Of a stretch of DNA of 64,000 nucleotides, positions 1 through 12,693 are shown piece after piece. The stretch comes from Camelus ferus (Eukaryota), in assembly GCF_009834535.1 (NCBI RefSeq), contig NC_045697.1, positions 20,524,001-20,588,000 on the forward strand. The letters are read 5' to 3'. Below the pieces are notes generated by a model. The model saw only the letters and a list, made by a program, of their open reading frames with translations. It was not told where the DNA came from and made no database searches. The translations under genes were made by a program, and so were the position numbers. How positions within the stretch are numbered: the stretch's first letter is position 1; each line of letters starts with the position of its first letter.

Positions 1-19
1 CACCGCGTGGGTAACACTG

Positions 20-120
20 AAGCCACACGCTGCCTGTGGCCCTGAGAAAACTTCTGCATGTCTCAGTTTTTAAATCTGCAAATTGGAAATAATAGTGGTA
101 TCCATTTTGTCGGGCTGTTT
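20..120 (+). mobile_element. MIR SINE fragment
   Basis: ctcagtttttaaatctgcaaattggaaataatagtggtatcc...gggctgtt resembles the MIR core (ctcagtttcctcatctgtaaaatggggataata). Confidence 0.7.
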
Positions 121-1377
121 CCACCTTTAAATCTGTTGACTGGAAATTCTGTGTCAGTTGCAAACAGGTATAGTCTTTAAGATTTGTAATTATGATAATA
201 TCAGAAGATTTTTTTCCAAGTTTTTTTTATAAATACTCCAAACAGAAATAAAAGTTTAATGAATTTCCTGTGTGTGAGTGATTTCATGTTCTACTCTGTT
301 CCCCCAAATTAGGTAAATATTCTGAAACCTGATCTGCTTAATAAAACTACTCAGTTGACTGGAAAAGATTACATCATAGAGACCAAAACAAAATTAATTC
401 TCACCTGTGAGGCTATGGCTAATTAAGGTAAAATTAGATCATTCCTTTTTAATTAAATAAATATTGAGTGCCATTATTAGAACCAGACTGTAGGTAGCAG
501 TCTTTATCACACTTTCACGCCCTGTGTCTGGGCTTCTGACCTCTCACCACTTCCCTCCCTCACAAGGATTATTTCCTTCAACAAAAGTGTTTATTCTCAA
601 ATCCTAACCACAGACTAGTGACTTCCTAAAATAAGTTTATCAAATTAGTGAAAGACTGAGATACATCCTGTTTTGGCTATTTGTAGTCAAATTCATCTCT
701 TTCTTCCTGGATGGTACAAAGTTGTGCCCTCAGAAAGGTAAAGTAAAAAAGTCTTTTTATTTATTTATTTTTGGTCTGATTCTCTGCTTCATCTGTCCTT
801 AACTAGAGCGATGGGTGTACAATTGCCTATGTACTGATAAGGAAGGGTCACAGGCGGGGAGGTCTAGTGGAGGATTTCTCCTTAGTAATTGATGTCTCTA
901 ACTGCCATGTCCCTCAAGGCAGTGGGGCCCATCTCTGATTCACAGCAGGGGGTACAATAAAGGAGTACTACATTTTCCAACGGGCAATGGGAAAAGTCTT
1001 CATTTACATCTGTTGTCCTCATGAGTTCTTCCTTCTGGGCAAAACCAACTTCTTCATGACAGAGAATCTGGAGTGTGTCTATGAATGGCCTTGAAAGCAG
1101 GTATGTGGCCCTCAGTCAAATTACTGCTGGGAGAAAAAATTGTTTCCTTTCAATCATCATCTAATCTTTACCTTCGTTTTTAAGCTACTGACCCAAAGGT
1201 AGAAATATATATTTTTTTACTCTGTATGAATCTAGAAAATGTCACTCATTACCTAGGTAGAAGGAAGTAAAAATGTGAGCTCTGTGCAAGGAATGTGGAA
1301 ACTGCTTGTATCCCAATTCTGATTTCGCCACTGTCTCTCTGACTTTGATTAAATCTCACTTTCTCTACTCACTTCTT

Positions 1378-1935
1378 TGTTCATTCATTCATTCATTCAT
1401 TCAGATATATACTGAATGGTTACTACATGCCAAGCCCTGCTCAGTTTATGAACAGTCCCCAGGCAAAATGTTTGTATGCAGTAACTTAGTGGACAACACA
1501 GAATAACATAGATGAAAAATGAATAAAAATTAGAGGGCAAAGAGTCCTCTAATCAGGATTTGATAGTGGAGAACAGTAGAGTAAGTACCTAACTCTGTTG
1601 CCCAAGAAAGGAAATAAGACCTTTTCAAAGAAGTAATGTCCAGCTGAAAATTGAAGAATGATGCAAGCAAGAAAAAGCCAAAGAACAAGGATACATATAG
1701 ACATCCTTATCTATCGATCTATCGATTTTTCGATCTATCAGTCTATCTATATTAAATGTATAGTTCTAGATGTATTCCCAAAGGGACATATTTGGGGAGG
1801 AAAATGAGATTAAATTGAAATAAAATCCTGGACTGAGTTTTAGTCACAGTAAGGAATTTTAACTTTATCTTGAATACAATGGAAAATCATTATTAGTTTT
1901 TTAATACTGAACTGACATATTGATTTTAGAAAGAG
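1378..1935 (-). mobile_element. L2 LINE 3' end, degraded
   Basis: (TTCA)n tail followed by tactgaatggttactacatgccaagccctg. Further L2-like blocks aagtaatgtccagctgaaaattgaagaatga and aaggaattttaactttatcttgaatacaatggaaaatcatt. Confidence 0.7.
1708..1750. repeat. Degenerate (TCTA/TCGA)n microsatellite
   Basis: tatctatcgatctatcgatttttcgatctatcagtctatctat. Confidence 0.7.
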
Positions 1936-3292
1936 TTCCTGAAAATCAGGGAGTTGAAGGAGTTGAGAGAATTAAAACTGTAAAGCTCCACAATTAAATG
2001 ATTTCTGATCAACACGATCGACATAAAATATATGCTACCACATAACCCAGAGATGGGCACTATATTCTAAGATAGAGCATATTATAATATAAAAATCTAA
2101 TGATAAAATACAATGCTTTGCACCAGGAAGTCATTTAATACATGTTTATTGAATTAATGATGAGTGAATAGTTCCAAGAAGGTCTTAGAAACTGCGCAGA
2201 ACAAAACTCATATTTATGTGTAAGAAATGAAACACTGAAATATGGTTCTTTATTGTTCTCTCCTTTCTATTTTAAACAATTATTATCTCAAATTTGGGAA
2301 AGTATTTTAAAGTGCTATGAAATTCATTGAAAACTCCAAAGTAAAAGTTAATAAAATAGTATTTAGTTAATTAACATAACTGAATAATCATTTAAACATA
2401 TTTCAGTGAGGCCACTCTGATATATTCTTTGAAATAACAGTGATACAAAGAACTTAACAGAAGGCTATACACAGATATTCTGAATGCAAAGGAAAGTATG
2501 TACTTAATTTCCACTTCAGGACAGATGAATGCAGGTTGGTTGCAAGGCATTTCAAAAACACATTTCAAAGGAGATAATGTATTTGAATACATTTAATCCA
2601 GCACAATGTTAGAAAGTAAAGCTCTGAGCCTCTCTGAAATAAACTAATATCTTCTTGAAAACAATCTCTTGAAACCTTGGAAGACTACCCCATCACTAAA
2701 AAAGAAACATGTCTAAAAAATAAAGGTCAACCTGGAGAAATTGTCAATTTTCCTCCTGTAAAGTTAAATAAGCTTTTCTTCAGAAGGAGTAGGTGAGGGG
2801 GGGTGATACCAAGGTTGAGTGAATCTCTATTCTATCATTCAGATTTCCAGTTGGTTTCTTCAAGCAAGTAATTGCAGAGAAATGAGTTCTTCTCTCAATA
2901 GCTAGTAATTTTTCTTACTCTTCAAACTATGGCTTTCACATCAGTCCTAGAGGCCTTTAATGCCAGTTACACTTCCTCAGACTTTTAACTAGCACTAAGG
3001 CTCTCAGTCAAAACGCACATGAAGGAGAATTGGATGACTTTTAGGGCTGACGATAAGAGCTCCGGGCTTTCTTCTTAGGTGCATCCGCATTATTTTCTCT
3101 GATAGATTGCTTTTAGCTTTGTTATAAAGTTATTTTGTAGCCTTCCTCCTATTTCGGTTATTGATTAAGAAACAAAGCATTTACCCTCCAGATTTCTAAC
3201 TTAATTCTAAGTAAGGTGGGTAGCGTTACAAGTCTGTGTTTTCTGTACTTGCAAATAGTGTTTAGTTCATTCTGTTGAAGTCTATAAACTAG

Positions 3293-3847
3293 GTGTATTT
3301 ATCAATCACCAGAATCAATCATTTTATTAATTTATCAGGAAGGACTTACAGTAAGAAGACTAATTATAAGGAATTAGCTCATCTGATCATAATCATAATT
3401 CCATTGAATCTGGTTATTCCTGAAATGTGCAGTCAGGAAGCTGGACACCCAGGAGAGCCTTTTTTTTTTCCTTTCTCTTTTTTTTTTCCTTCTTCTTTTT
3501 TTTTTTTTTTTTCAATTCATAGGCCAAAAGTCTAGAAGCCCTGGAAGAGCTGATATTTCAGTTCAAGTATGAAGGCAGGAAAAAGCCAATATTCCTGTTC
3601 AAAGACAATCAGACAGAAAGAATTCTCTCTTCCTCAGGAAAGTTTCAGCCTTCTTGGGCTATTCAGGCTTTCAACTGACTAGATGAAGCCTATTGCATTA
3701 TGGGGGGCAATGGGCTTAACTCAGTCTTCCGATTTAAAAGTCAAACTCATCCACAAACATGCTCACCAAAACACCCAGAATAAGGTTTGACTAAATTTCT
3801 GGGCACCCCATGGCCCAGTCAAGTTGACACATAAAATTAACCATCAT
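3293..3847 (-). mobile_element. ERVL solo LTR, MLT2 family (MLT2C/D-like)
   Basis: Ends gggcaccccatggcccagtcaagttgacacataaaattaaccatca, the reverse complement of the MLT2 start TGTGATGGTTAATTTTATGTGTCAACTTG. Internal aaggaattagctca and ttcaactgactagatgaagcc blocks also match. Confidence 0.9.
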
Positions 3848-3904
3848 GTTAGGAATAGTATTTCTTTTTTCATGGCTTTGGAGTGAATTACCAGTTAAAA
3901 TAAT

Positions 3905-4243
3905 TCAAAAAACCAAACCAAAACAAACAAACAGACACTATGAATTCATCTACAAAACAGAAACAGAGTCAGACATAGTAAACGATTTTATGGTTACCAG
4001 GGAAAGGGGGTGGGGACGGATAAATTTGGCAGCTTGATACTTACAAATGTTAGCCACTATATATAAAAATAGATTAAAAGATTGTTTCTTTGGATAGCAC
4101 AGGGAACTAGGCTCAATATCTTGTAATAACCTTTAATAGAAAAAATGAAAATGAATATATGTATGTATATTCAAGACTGGGACATTGTGCTGAACACCAG
4201 AAATTGATACATTGTAATTGACTGTACTTCAATAAAAAAAAAA
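3905..4243 (+). mobile_element. Lineage-specific L1 3' UTR with poly(A)
   Basis: tacaaaacagaaacagagtcagacatagtaaac...ttatggttaccagggaaagggg...atagcacagggaacta...acaccagaaattgatacattgtaattgactgtacttcaataaaaaaaa. Homologous to the copies at 28.3, 41.2 and 47.3 kb. Confidence 0.9.
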
Positions 4244-4949
4244 AGACAGGAATTAACAACTAAACTCATCAATTTTTTTCAAAATTAAAAAAAGAAATCA
4301 TAAATATATATTCTCTATATACTAGTAATAGAGTAATTATAATAAAAGTAACTTCTAATTCTCCTTCAGTTTTTGAAATGTGCCAAACATTGAGCTCATA
4401 ATTTTACATTCACTGTTAATTAGGAAACTATACTTACTAATCAAAGAAAGATTCACAGCCAAAGTAAGTAAAATCCAGATAGAACTGAACATTTTTGGAG
4501 CACAGCCAGTTCCCATGTCTTCATTTCCACGTTGCATGAAGTGTATAGATTTGGCCCAGAACCTCAGCTGGACTATGTTTCTATTTATCTGAAACTTGCT
4601 AAAATGTGGGAGATGCTACAGTGAGGCAGATCCCTGCTCATTGGAAGGAGACTCTTTCAATTATTAATGGAATCCAATAGCAGACAAAAGCCATGCACTC
4701 TTATCCAAGCAGGGTCTGGAAAAGTACTTTTGTGTATTTTACTGAGGATATTCAAGGACGAGGTAAAAGATTGTGCTGGAGAGATGGCTCCTTTTAATTC
4801 TGAAATCCCTTCAAATGTAGGAAAATATTTTCTTTTTTGGTAAAAGTTTAATTCAGATTTTTTTTTCACTCTTTGAAAATATACATTTTTGTAACCTTTC
4901 AGAAAATCAATTTGACACTTAATACGAGGAGACTTAAAAATATATATCA

Positions 4950-5158
4950 CTCCTAAGGTCAACTATGGACTTTGGGTAATTATGGCATGTTAATCTAGGA
5001 CCATCACTGGTTAAAAAAAAAAAAAGCACCGTCCTGAAGATTGATGTTGACAACGGGGGAGGCTTGCAAGTGTGAGGGAAGGATATATGAGAAATCTCTT
5101 TACCTTCCTTTCAAATTTGTTCTATACCTAAAACTACTCTTTAAAAATTCTTTAAAAA
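4950..5158 (+). mobile_element. Old L1 (L1MC-like) 3' end
   Basis: aactatggactttgggtaattatg...gatgttgacaacgggggaggct...gatatatgagaaatctct...cctaaaactactctttaaaaa. Confidence 0.8.
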
Positions 5159-5159
5159 A

Positions 5160-5510
5160 GTGTAACTATATTGATCCAATAATTTCAGTAATTCCACTTG
5201 GAGTTGTATATTTTAAGAAGTAATCAAAGTTAGTGATAAAGATTTATAAATAAAAATATTCTTTACTAATATATATTTAGTAGATTAAAACATGGCAATA
5301 GCCTAAATATTCAATCCTTGGAAATTAATTTAATAAATTATGGAGTAACTATAAGATGTAATGCCAAAAGCCAAAGATAATATGATTACTTAATGATATG
5401 GAAAATATTCAAAGATGATGCCCAAGTTGGACAGTTTATTTGCTCAAGAGAAGTGAAAACACATTTGAAGACTTGTACCCAATTATTCATAGCAGTTTTT
5501 TGTAATGTCA
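5160..5510 (+). mobile_element. Old L1 (L1ME-like) fragments
   Basis: ttgatccaataatttcagtaattccacttggagt...aataaattatggagta and ctcaagagaagtgaaaacacat...gacttgtacccaattattcatagcag resemble L1 ORF2 3' regions. Confidence 0.55.
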
Positions 5511-6834
5511 TTTCCACTCCCTCCTCTGGACTGATATTTTTTCATTACATAAATGGATCCTGAATAATGAGTTCATGGAACAGATCTGATGTTAGCAAGG
5601 ATTTTTAATTGCATGCATAAAATTAAAAAACTTCTCCCACTAATGTGTGAAAAATATAGATCATACTCTGCTCAATGAGAGTTCATAAAGCTGTCTTAAT
5701 GGTAAAGCTGTCTTCCTTTCCTCATTCTGTCAATGATGTTTCAAAGTAAAAGAGATGTCGAAGGGTGATACCATCAGTGGAAAGATCACCAAACACCCTG
5801 CCAGGCCCAATTCCTGCTGGAAGAGGCTGAGTGGGGAGTTCACCCCTTTGAGGAATCACAATGGCTTGGCATTGCACAAGGAACTTAAAGATTTTATATA
5901 AAATAATTCTTGAGCTTATGTTTGGTGCGCCCTAGCGTGCAGGTACCACACGGGCCATTTCTCTTTTTATAGCCTCCTGGGACTCGTTTCTCTGGGACTA
6001 TGGAGACTAAGGACCATATATTCCCGTGTGCAGGCAGTGGATAATCCCTGAAGGGATGGAGTGGCTGCATCTGTATACTTTGGAGCTGACTCTGTCAGTA
6101 GAAGAGTAAAAATGACTGAGTGGCCTCTGAGGAGCTTCTTAACCTTGAGCATTACATTTTCTAAGAAGCATGGACTACTTAATGAACTCTTGGGACTTTT
6201 GAAAGTGTAAATGAGTGGGTAACTTGATAAATCCAATAAATTAATTTTTTGTGATGGTGGTAATGACATATTAGCATTTTGCAAAAGCTCATTTGTTAAC
6301 GACTAGTGAAATCTTAGACATCATTTCTCATTCAAATTTCCCATCAATATCTCGTCAAATAAAGGCCACAGAAAGTCTGCCAGATGCAAAGTGGCCTTCG
6401 TGGAGTGAGTAGATTACCTTACGAGGTTCTGCTTTAAAGGAAGTCTTGCTTTTGAATTTGCCTGTACAAAGCTGACATTGTTCAAGCTGTTGGTTTAGCG
6501 CTCAAATGAAGCACAGAGTTGTGAAAACTCACTCTCTACCTCTGGAGTTTACAGTAGCTGTTTGGATAGTTACCTGTTCAGGTTCTGCAGCTACCTTAGA
6601 AAGAATTGGAGCATCGCAGCGTCGGAACCCACAGTGCAATCACCAAAATACTGAGGTCATTTTTTTTTTTTCAATCTGCATTTACAGATATAAAGGTACA
6701 ATTTGGATTCTCAGAAAGCAAAGTGAAGTGGTAACAAGATGCTTTATAGATCAGTGACCCAGCCCTTTCCATAGACTACAGCTGTAGAAATATTATCCAC
6801 CTCCCCACATTTGAGATTATAACCTATAGATGTA

Positions 6835-6837
<3 letters not shown>

Positions 6838-6880
<43 letters not shown>
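6838..6880. repeat. (TG)~21 microsatellite
   Basis: Uninterrupted tgtgtg run. Confidence 0.98.
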
Positions 6881-6882
<2 letters not shown>

Positions 6883-8487
6883 TGATAGTAGACTCATACT
6901 GAGGAAAGGTCATCTAAACTCAATGTCTGATGTATCTTCCTTCTAGAACAAAAGAAAAAAAATAAATGAGAGACTTACCGCATAAAGGTTTTCAACCTAA
7001 CTGGGAAATTCTATTTATTGATATAGAAACTTTGACTTTAGGATGAAAATAATTTATGTATTTCACAATAGAAAAATTTGGAATAAAAAATATGGGTTGT
7101 TGAATAATATCACTTTAGTTTCTCGTTTCTGCTTCTGAATAGTTCTTTCTCTAAAGAGCATGGATAGCCCTACCACAAAGATAGTTCAGAAGTGTGAAAG
7201 TGATTTGAAGATAGTAAATAAAATGAAAATCTGTAATTTTCTCTATTAATTACATGGAAAAAGCGCACATGATGATTCCAACTGAATGAAAAAGAAAGCC
7301 TTATAATTCATATTTTTTTAAAGTCTGACTGCAAAGATCTATGATATTTGCATATGAATTCCCTTCAACTTGCAAGATCTCAGTTTGTAAAGTAAACTAG
7401 GAATAGAAAGAAACAGTGAAAAACCTTGCTTCTCAAAAAATGTTCTCTTTTTATAAAATGACTTTTATAATATTTTTAAGAGGACACTATTACTTTCTGA
7501 GCTATTGTTTGAAGAAAATCTATTATTTAAAATTGAGGACTTTGGGATTGTATTATACTTTCTGCTTCATGGATAATACGACTCTTTCCTTTATCAGATA
7601 TTCTTTTCAGTGAGAGACAGTTTACATTTATTACGTGTAAGTTTTGATTGCAGTTCAGAAAACGTGTTCTTTTAACAGCCCTTGTTTCTGAATAAAAACC
7701 CTTTTAAGGTGTCCTCGCTGGGCTGTACCTCTGTAGACTTTCTTTCCTTTCACAAAATGAGCAATATATATTATGAAGAAGAATTATATTTTTGGCTCCT
7801 TGTTGATTTTACCATATTCTTCATTTGTGGGTATGAAAGGTGTGCCCCTCTTTCCTAGTTAATACAGTAAGAAAATAAAAGCTACAAACATCCAATACAG
7901 GGCAAAAATAACCTTATTTTCTATATACTATGGAGTTGACCTGAGCACTCCATTAAATAATTTCTTAAGGAAAGTAATTATCTCAAGCAAACGGCATAAT
8001 GATTTTGAATGGTCTTAGTGGGAGATTAGAAATAAGCATAAATCATATCTTTGTACCTATATGTTTACCTCATGAAATCTAATAACTTCAATTATCAGGA
8101 TTTTCCTAATGTTCTTTTCTAAATTTGTCATACATGAAATATGAAGTATCTAATAATTACTTTGTAGCCCTAAAACTAACTTTAGGATTATTAAAGGATA
8201 CAGGTTAAGTGATTTCTAATATGGAATAACTCATATTGAAAACAATGTAATGAATATAGGAGGGGTGTAGTCACGCAAGCATTCTGACAGTTTATATATA
8301 TTCTGGTCTGAACCATTGTTTTCTGTAAAATTTAAGAAAAATCCTATTATTTGAATTTTTGGCCAAGTGATTACTGGTAAAGTGTTTGGTACAATAATAA
8401 CACTGATTCAACCACAGTTTTGTTTTCAAATATGTTTAATGTGATGATTGTAACAGTTCTGATGAAAATGAAAAGGTAGGGTATCAA

Positions 8488-8700
8488 AGTGTAATGAGCA
8501 TCAGTCTCTCAGGCAGAAGCATCTGTGTATATTTTCCACTTCTGCTGATGCAAAGTTGTACAATATTAGCAAACTTAACTTCTCTAAACCTCATGTTTAA
8601 AGTGGACAGAATAATGCCTACTTCTCATTATTGTTGTGATGACTTAATGAGTTAGATGATGGGTATAAAGTGTACTACCAGCTCCCAGAAGATATAAAAA
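8488..8700 (+). mobile_element. MIR SINE
   Basis: agcaaacttaacttctctaaacctcatg...ataatgcctacttctcattattgttgtgatgacttaatgagtta. Confidence 0.7.
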
Positions 8701-8715
8701 GGGATGATTATTATT

Positions 8716-9153
8716 TGTCACAGAGACATGTTAGCTCTTTGTCAAATTCAGTTTTCTTCCTTTTAGGCAAATAGATAGACAACATTTTCCAGCCTCCCTT
8801 GCATTATGGGGTGACTGTGTCGCAGAGGTCCAGCAAATGGAATGCAAGCAGAAGTGACATGCATTACTTCCAGGCTTGGCCCGTGGAGACCCCCCACGGA
8901 GACCCCCCACATGGGATTTTCCATATTCTTCCTCGTGCCATCAGCTTATGTAGACAAACTATGTGTTGAAGGTGGGAGAGGTATGAGATAAAAGAATTTG
9001 GGGTCCCTCAATCACCAGCTAGGGAAGAAAACTGCTCAAAAGCACCCATTTTGGATTACATATGAGTTAAATATAAAATACCATATATTGCTCATTATCT
9101 ATTTTTGTGCCTTTTTTTTTTGTTAGAGTAGCTAGTGTTACCTTAATTGAATG
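8716..9153 (+). mobile_element. MaLR solo LTR (MLT1J/I-like)
   Basis: cattttccagcctcccttgca...aatggaatgcaagcagaagtgacatgcattacttccaggcttggcc...ttgttagagtagctagtgttacc. Confidence 0.8.
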
Positions 9154-9299
9154 TGTTGTTATTAACAGTGCTATTTACTCTTTTCATCATGTCAATAGAA
9201 AATAAAAAGAGTGGAATATTAATTATCATTTATAGCACAAATGCCATGCTGCCAGGTGCCACGTTCCAGATTCTCCGTAGACTATATTCCATATCATAC

Positions 9300-9835
9300 C
9301 TTTATTAAAGAGAATTAGTAACAAGCAAAACTAATGTTGGTTAACTAAGTGGAAAGTCAACTTTTAGTGCAATGATATTAAGTAACTCAAAGAGTCAGCC
9401 GAGGCAGCCTGGCGAACCAATGTCAGAATACAGAAAGACACCAAGTGAAAAATATGTGACGATGGGTGTCTTTACCCTGTAGACAGTCTGAAGGGGATTC
9501 TGTCCTTGGCTGTGTGCCATGAGGTGCTTCATCATTCAGGGGACACTGACGCTCCTGCTGGACATCATCCCTCCAAACTGTTACAAGGCTTCTGTCACTA
9601 ACACTAGATCCAGAGCCCCCTGGGAAACCCTGGTTGACTGAGTCAGTGCCACGGTCCAGTGCATCGATTCACAGTTGTTGAGGAGAGAGAGTTCTGGCCC
9701 CCTTCAGCTTTGCGAGTAGAAGGCAGAGGCTTCTCCTTCTGCACATTCACATATTTGGAATTCTTAAAAGTAAAAAGGCAGTTGGGGTTCTAGTAAAACA
9801 AAATCAAACTCAAAAGAATGCTGCAGCTCACTATT
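9300..9835 (-). mobile_element. MaLR LTR (MLT1K-like), 3' LTR of a minus-strand provirus remnant
   Basis: aacaagcaaaactaatgttggttaactaag...gatattaagtaactcaaagagtcag...gagagagagttctggcccccttcagcttt match recalled antisense MLT1K. Confidence 0.65.
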
Positions 9836-11780
9836 TTGAACTCTAAATATTTACATACATCATTTCTCCCCTTTCGTTCCCCCAGATACGCTCTGTCCTA
9901 ACTAACTCTGGGGTAATGAGGCCTGGACTCACCTTCCCTCCACAGGGGGACACACAAGGTTTCCATCAATATTTACAACCACGTCCAGGAAATCTTTATC
10001 TTTGGTAACTTATAATCAAAAATCTTAAAGGTTAATTCCACCAATGCTTCTCCCAGTTGATGTTGGGAGAGGAGGGAGGAAAATAATGGAAATCAGTTGG
10101 AGACTACATTCCTCCTTCTACAACTAGTCAATTAGCCAAAGTCGATTAGCTCCTCTACTGTCTGTTTCACATTTTCTTTCCTGCCAGCCATCACTTCAAT
10201 TGGTTGAGAGACTCCTTAATGCAGTTTATATTCAAAATCTGTATTCCCTGGGAATATGTGACTTTCCAAGCCCTACCTGAGTGTGTGCTCTGGTCATCCA
10301 TTAGCTTCTCTCACTCAGTGTGGAGGGATCAGGAAGCATTGAGTGAGTTCGTTAATATATTCATCTCTGATTCGTAGCATAGACCCTAATTCACTTTAAC
10401 ATTGCAAGGTTTTTTTTTCCCCCGAAGCCCATGGACCGTGGTGCTAGCAGAGGCATTCCAAGTAAAATGGACTTAAGTATCTATCCCATCAGAGATAAAT
10501 TACTCCTCCTCCATGTCTGAAGAGGTCTAATATAATACATATGCACCTGTCGTCATGATGGCCCTAATAAGTAATAACTATACCGTGTGCCAGGCACTGA
10601 TCCAATACCCTATTCAGTGGGGGATTGCGGTCGTCTCCATTATACACTTTTGGACTCATACTGGAGAGTGAAATCGTTTGCTACTGCTGACAATTAGCAT
10701 CAGTTTTGTACTTCAGCAACAGGCGAGTCAGTCTAGCCTTACTAAGGAGAGGATTATCGTTGAATCTGTTCATAGCCCGTCTTCCTTTCCTCCCATTGTG
10801 GCCTTTTTTGCTATCAATTTCATTGGGAAAATGTTAGGTTTGCTGATTCCCATCCCCAGGACAGTTTAAGTTGTTGCACTTGGTAAGTAAGTTTCTGTGC
10901 GGTTAGAGCTAATGGTGAATATTCGCAAATGACGCATGTTCTTACACTCTGGCCCCATTCCAAAACGACCTTCTATGAAATCTTCCCCCAAACTTCTTAT
11001 TAATAATTCATTCTTGGTCCTGCAAAGCCCTTGGTCATTTTTATAAAAATTAACCTCCCTTCACAAATTGCTGTAGATTCTAACATGCCAATTTTCTTCC
11101 TGGAAAATTGAAAAAAAAAACCCAAAACAAACAAACCCCCAAAAAACCAAGATGTACTTCTTGCTACTCAGCCCATGAGAAGTTTTAACATTTCTGTCTT
11201 CTTTCTAAGGTATTTCTGAATGCTACTGAAATACGTTAGCTACTGTTTGCTCTGCACGTGCATTGATTAACCAGATTCGCACTATTTTTTTTTTTCCTGA
11301 AATTTATTCAAACGGTGATAAAGGAACTCTCCATGAGATTATGAAGGTGGATTGAAGGAAAATCAGCACTGGCAGCAGCAGGCCAGATGACAGGATCAAC
11401 TCTCTGATCATGAAACACACATATGACTTCAGTGCCTGCCCAGACCCATTCCTCGGACATCTGTCACTTGAAAACAAAATCGTGCTGGTTACAGCTAACT
11501 GATGGGTCAGTGGAAGAAAGAACAACCATTGATGGCGGCTTGGTCTCCATATCAGTTATTTCTTTTCTATCAGGTTCCACTAGTTAATCAAGAGCTACTT
11601 CTTACAAGGAGAAGAAAACCAGATTGCCATCTGCCCTAATTCAGAGGCTCGCTGTAGGCTCCGTATGACAACAGACTGCAGAAGATACTTTGAGCTTCAT
11701 GGAAACTAATAACTTATATGCGCCTAGTGAAAGAGTTAATGATTTTGGAAACTAGTCCAGCCCATACATCTTCTCTTGCT
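9836..11780 (-). mobile_element. MaLR internal sequence (MLT1-int), degraded
   Basis: Contiguous with the LTR. Blocks such as ccttccctccacagggggacacacaagg, ggatcaggaagcattgagtgag, atctatcccatcagagataaattactcctcctcc and ccccaggacagtttaagttgttgcac resemble antisense MLT-int. Confidence 0.55.
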
Positions 11781-11809
11781 GCGTACTCCCCTCACGATTG
11801 GAAACTTTC

Positions 11810-11960
11810 GGGTTTTAAGTGAGCAAGAACAGCACATCCCAAAGTAGCATATGTTGACTCTATTAGCATCTAAAAATAATTATACAGAGAAATGATGTTA
11901 TTTTCAGGATATATATGCTGTTTCATGGTGAAAAAAGAATAAAAGTTTAGCCACACCAGG
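11810..11960 (+). mobile_element. Old L1 (L1ME-like) 3' fragment
   Basis: ttttaagtgagcaagaacagcacatcccaaagtagcatatg...ttattttcaggatatatatg. Confidence 0.45.
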
Positions 11961-12379
11961 TAATGGATCTTTTAATTACCATGCTTACTCAGTTTCTACA
12001 GCTATTGTTTACCGCATTTACTATACCTACTTATTTTATTATCATTATTTTTTTTATCTTTTTCTTCTTTTCTCTGAAAGTAGCCAAACTACCATGTAAA
12101 GCCAGATGCAGGTCTTCTGCCAAATTGCTTCTAAACTAAGACAGGAGGTTTTCAGTGTCGTAGCTCTGAGCCCCCATGCTTCACATTGCTAAGACACTGT
12201 GGGGGTGAAACACAGGTTCTCACATTCCTGTTTAACTCAATCACTGCCATAAATGTAAGCTTTCTTCAAGTAGTACCTCTGACCTTATAATTCTATAATT
12301 GTGTGCATATATCCTCAAGGACTCAACCCTCTCCCCCACCTCCACCTAAACTACTCCAGTGTGCCCGTGGCTAGGGAGG

Positions 12380-12693
12380 CGTCTTTGTGTCCCTTTTCAA
12401 GCACTGAAAACTTATATTCAACGTGATGATATTTTGAGGAGGGGCCTTTGTGAGGTGATTAGTTCCTGAGGGCAGAGCCCCCATAAGTAGAATTAACGTT
12501 CTTACAAAGAGGCTCTGGAGCGCTCCCTGGCCCTTTTACCACGTGAGGACTCTGGGACAAGGCGCTTCAATCTCGCACCAGATACTGACCATGGTCTTGG
12601 GCTTTTCAGTCTCCAGAACTGTGAGAAATAAATATTTGTTTGTGAGCCACCCAGTTTATGACATTTTTATAGCAGCATGAACAGACTAAGGCA
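12380..12693 (+). mobile_element. MaLR solo LTR (MLT1A/MLT1A0-like)
   Basis: ggaggggcctttgtgaggtgattagttcctgagggcagagccccca...tctccagaactgtgagaaataaatatttg...agccacccagtttatg...tatagcagcatgaacagactaaggca. Confidence 0.9.

Noticed and set aside
4235..4300. Possible L1 3' transduction (second A-rich tract after the poly(A))
   Set aside because: No convincing TSD brackets the extra sequence, and the background is AT-rich.
6362..6398. Hairpin aaggccac...gtggcctt as pre-miRNA or terminator
   Set aside because: An 8-bp stem is too short for a pre-miRNA and is expected by chance in 64 kb.
8885..8910. 13-bp tandem duplication ggagaccccccac
   Set aside because: Ordinary slippage inside an LTR. Similar short duplications at 5686-5714, 14807-14843 and 25918-25952 show no shared pattern.
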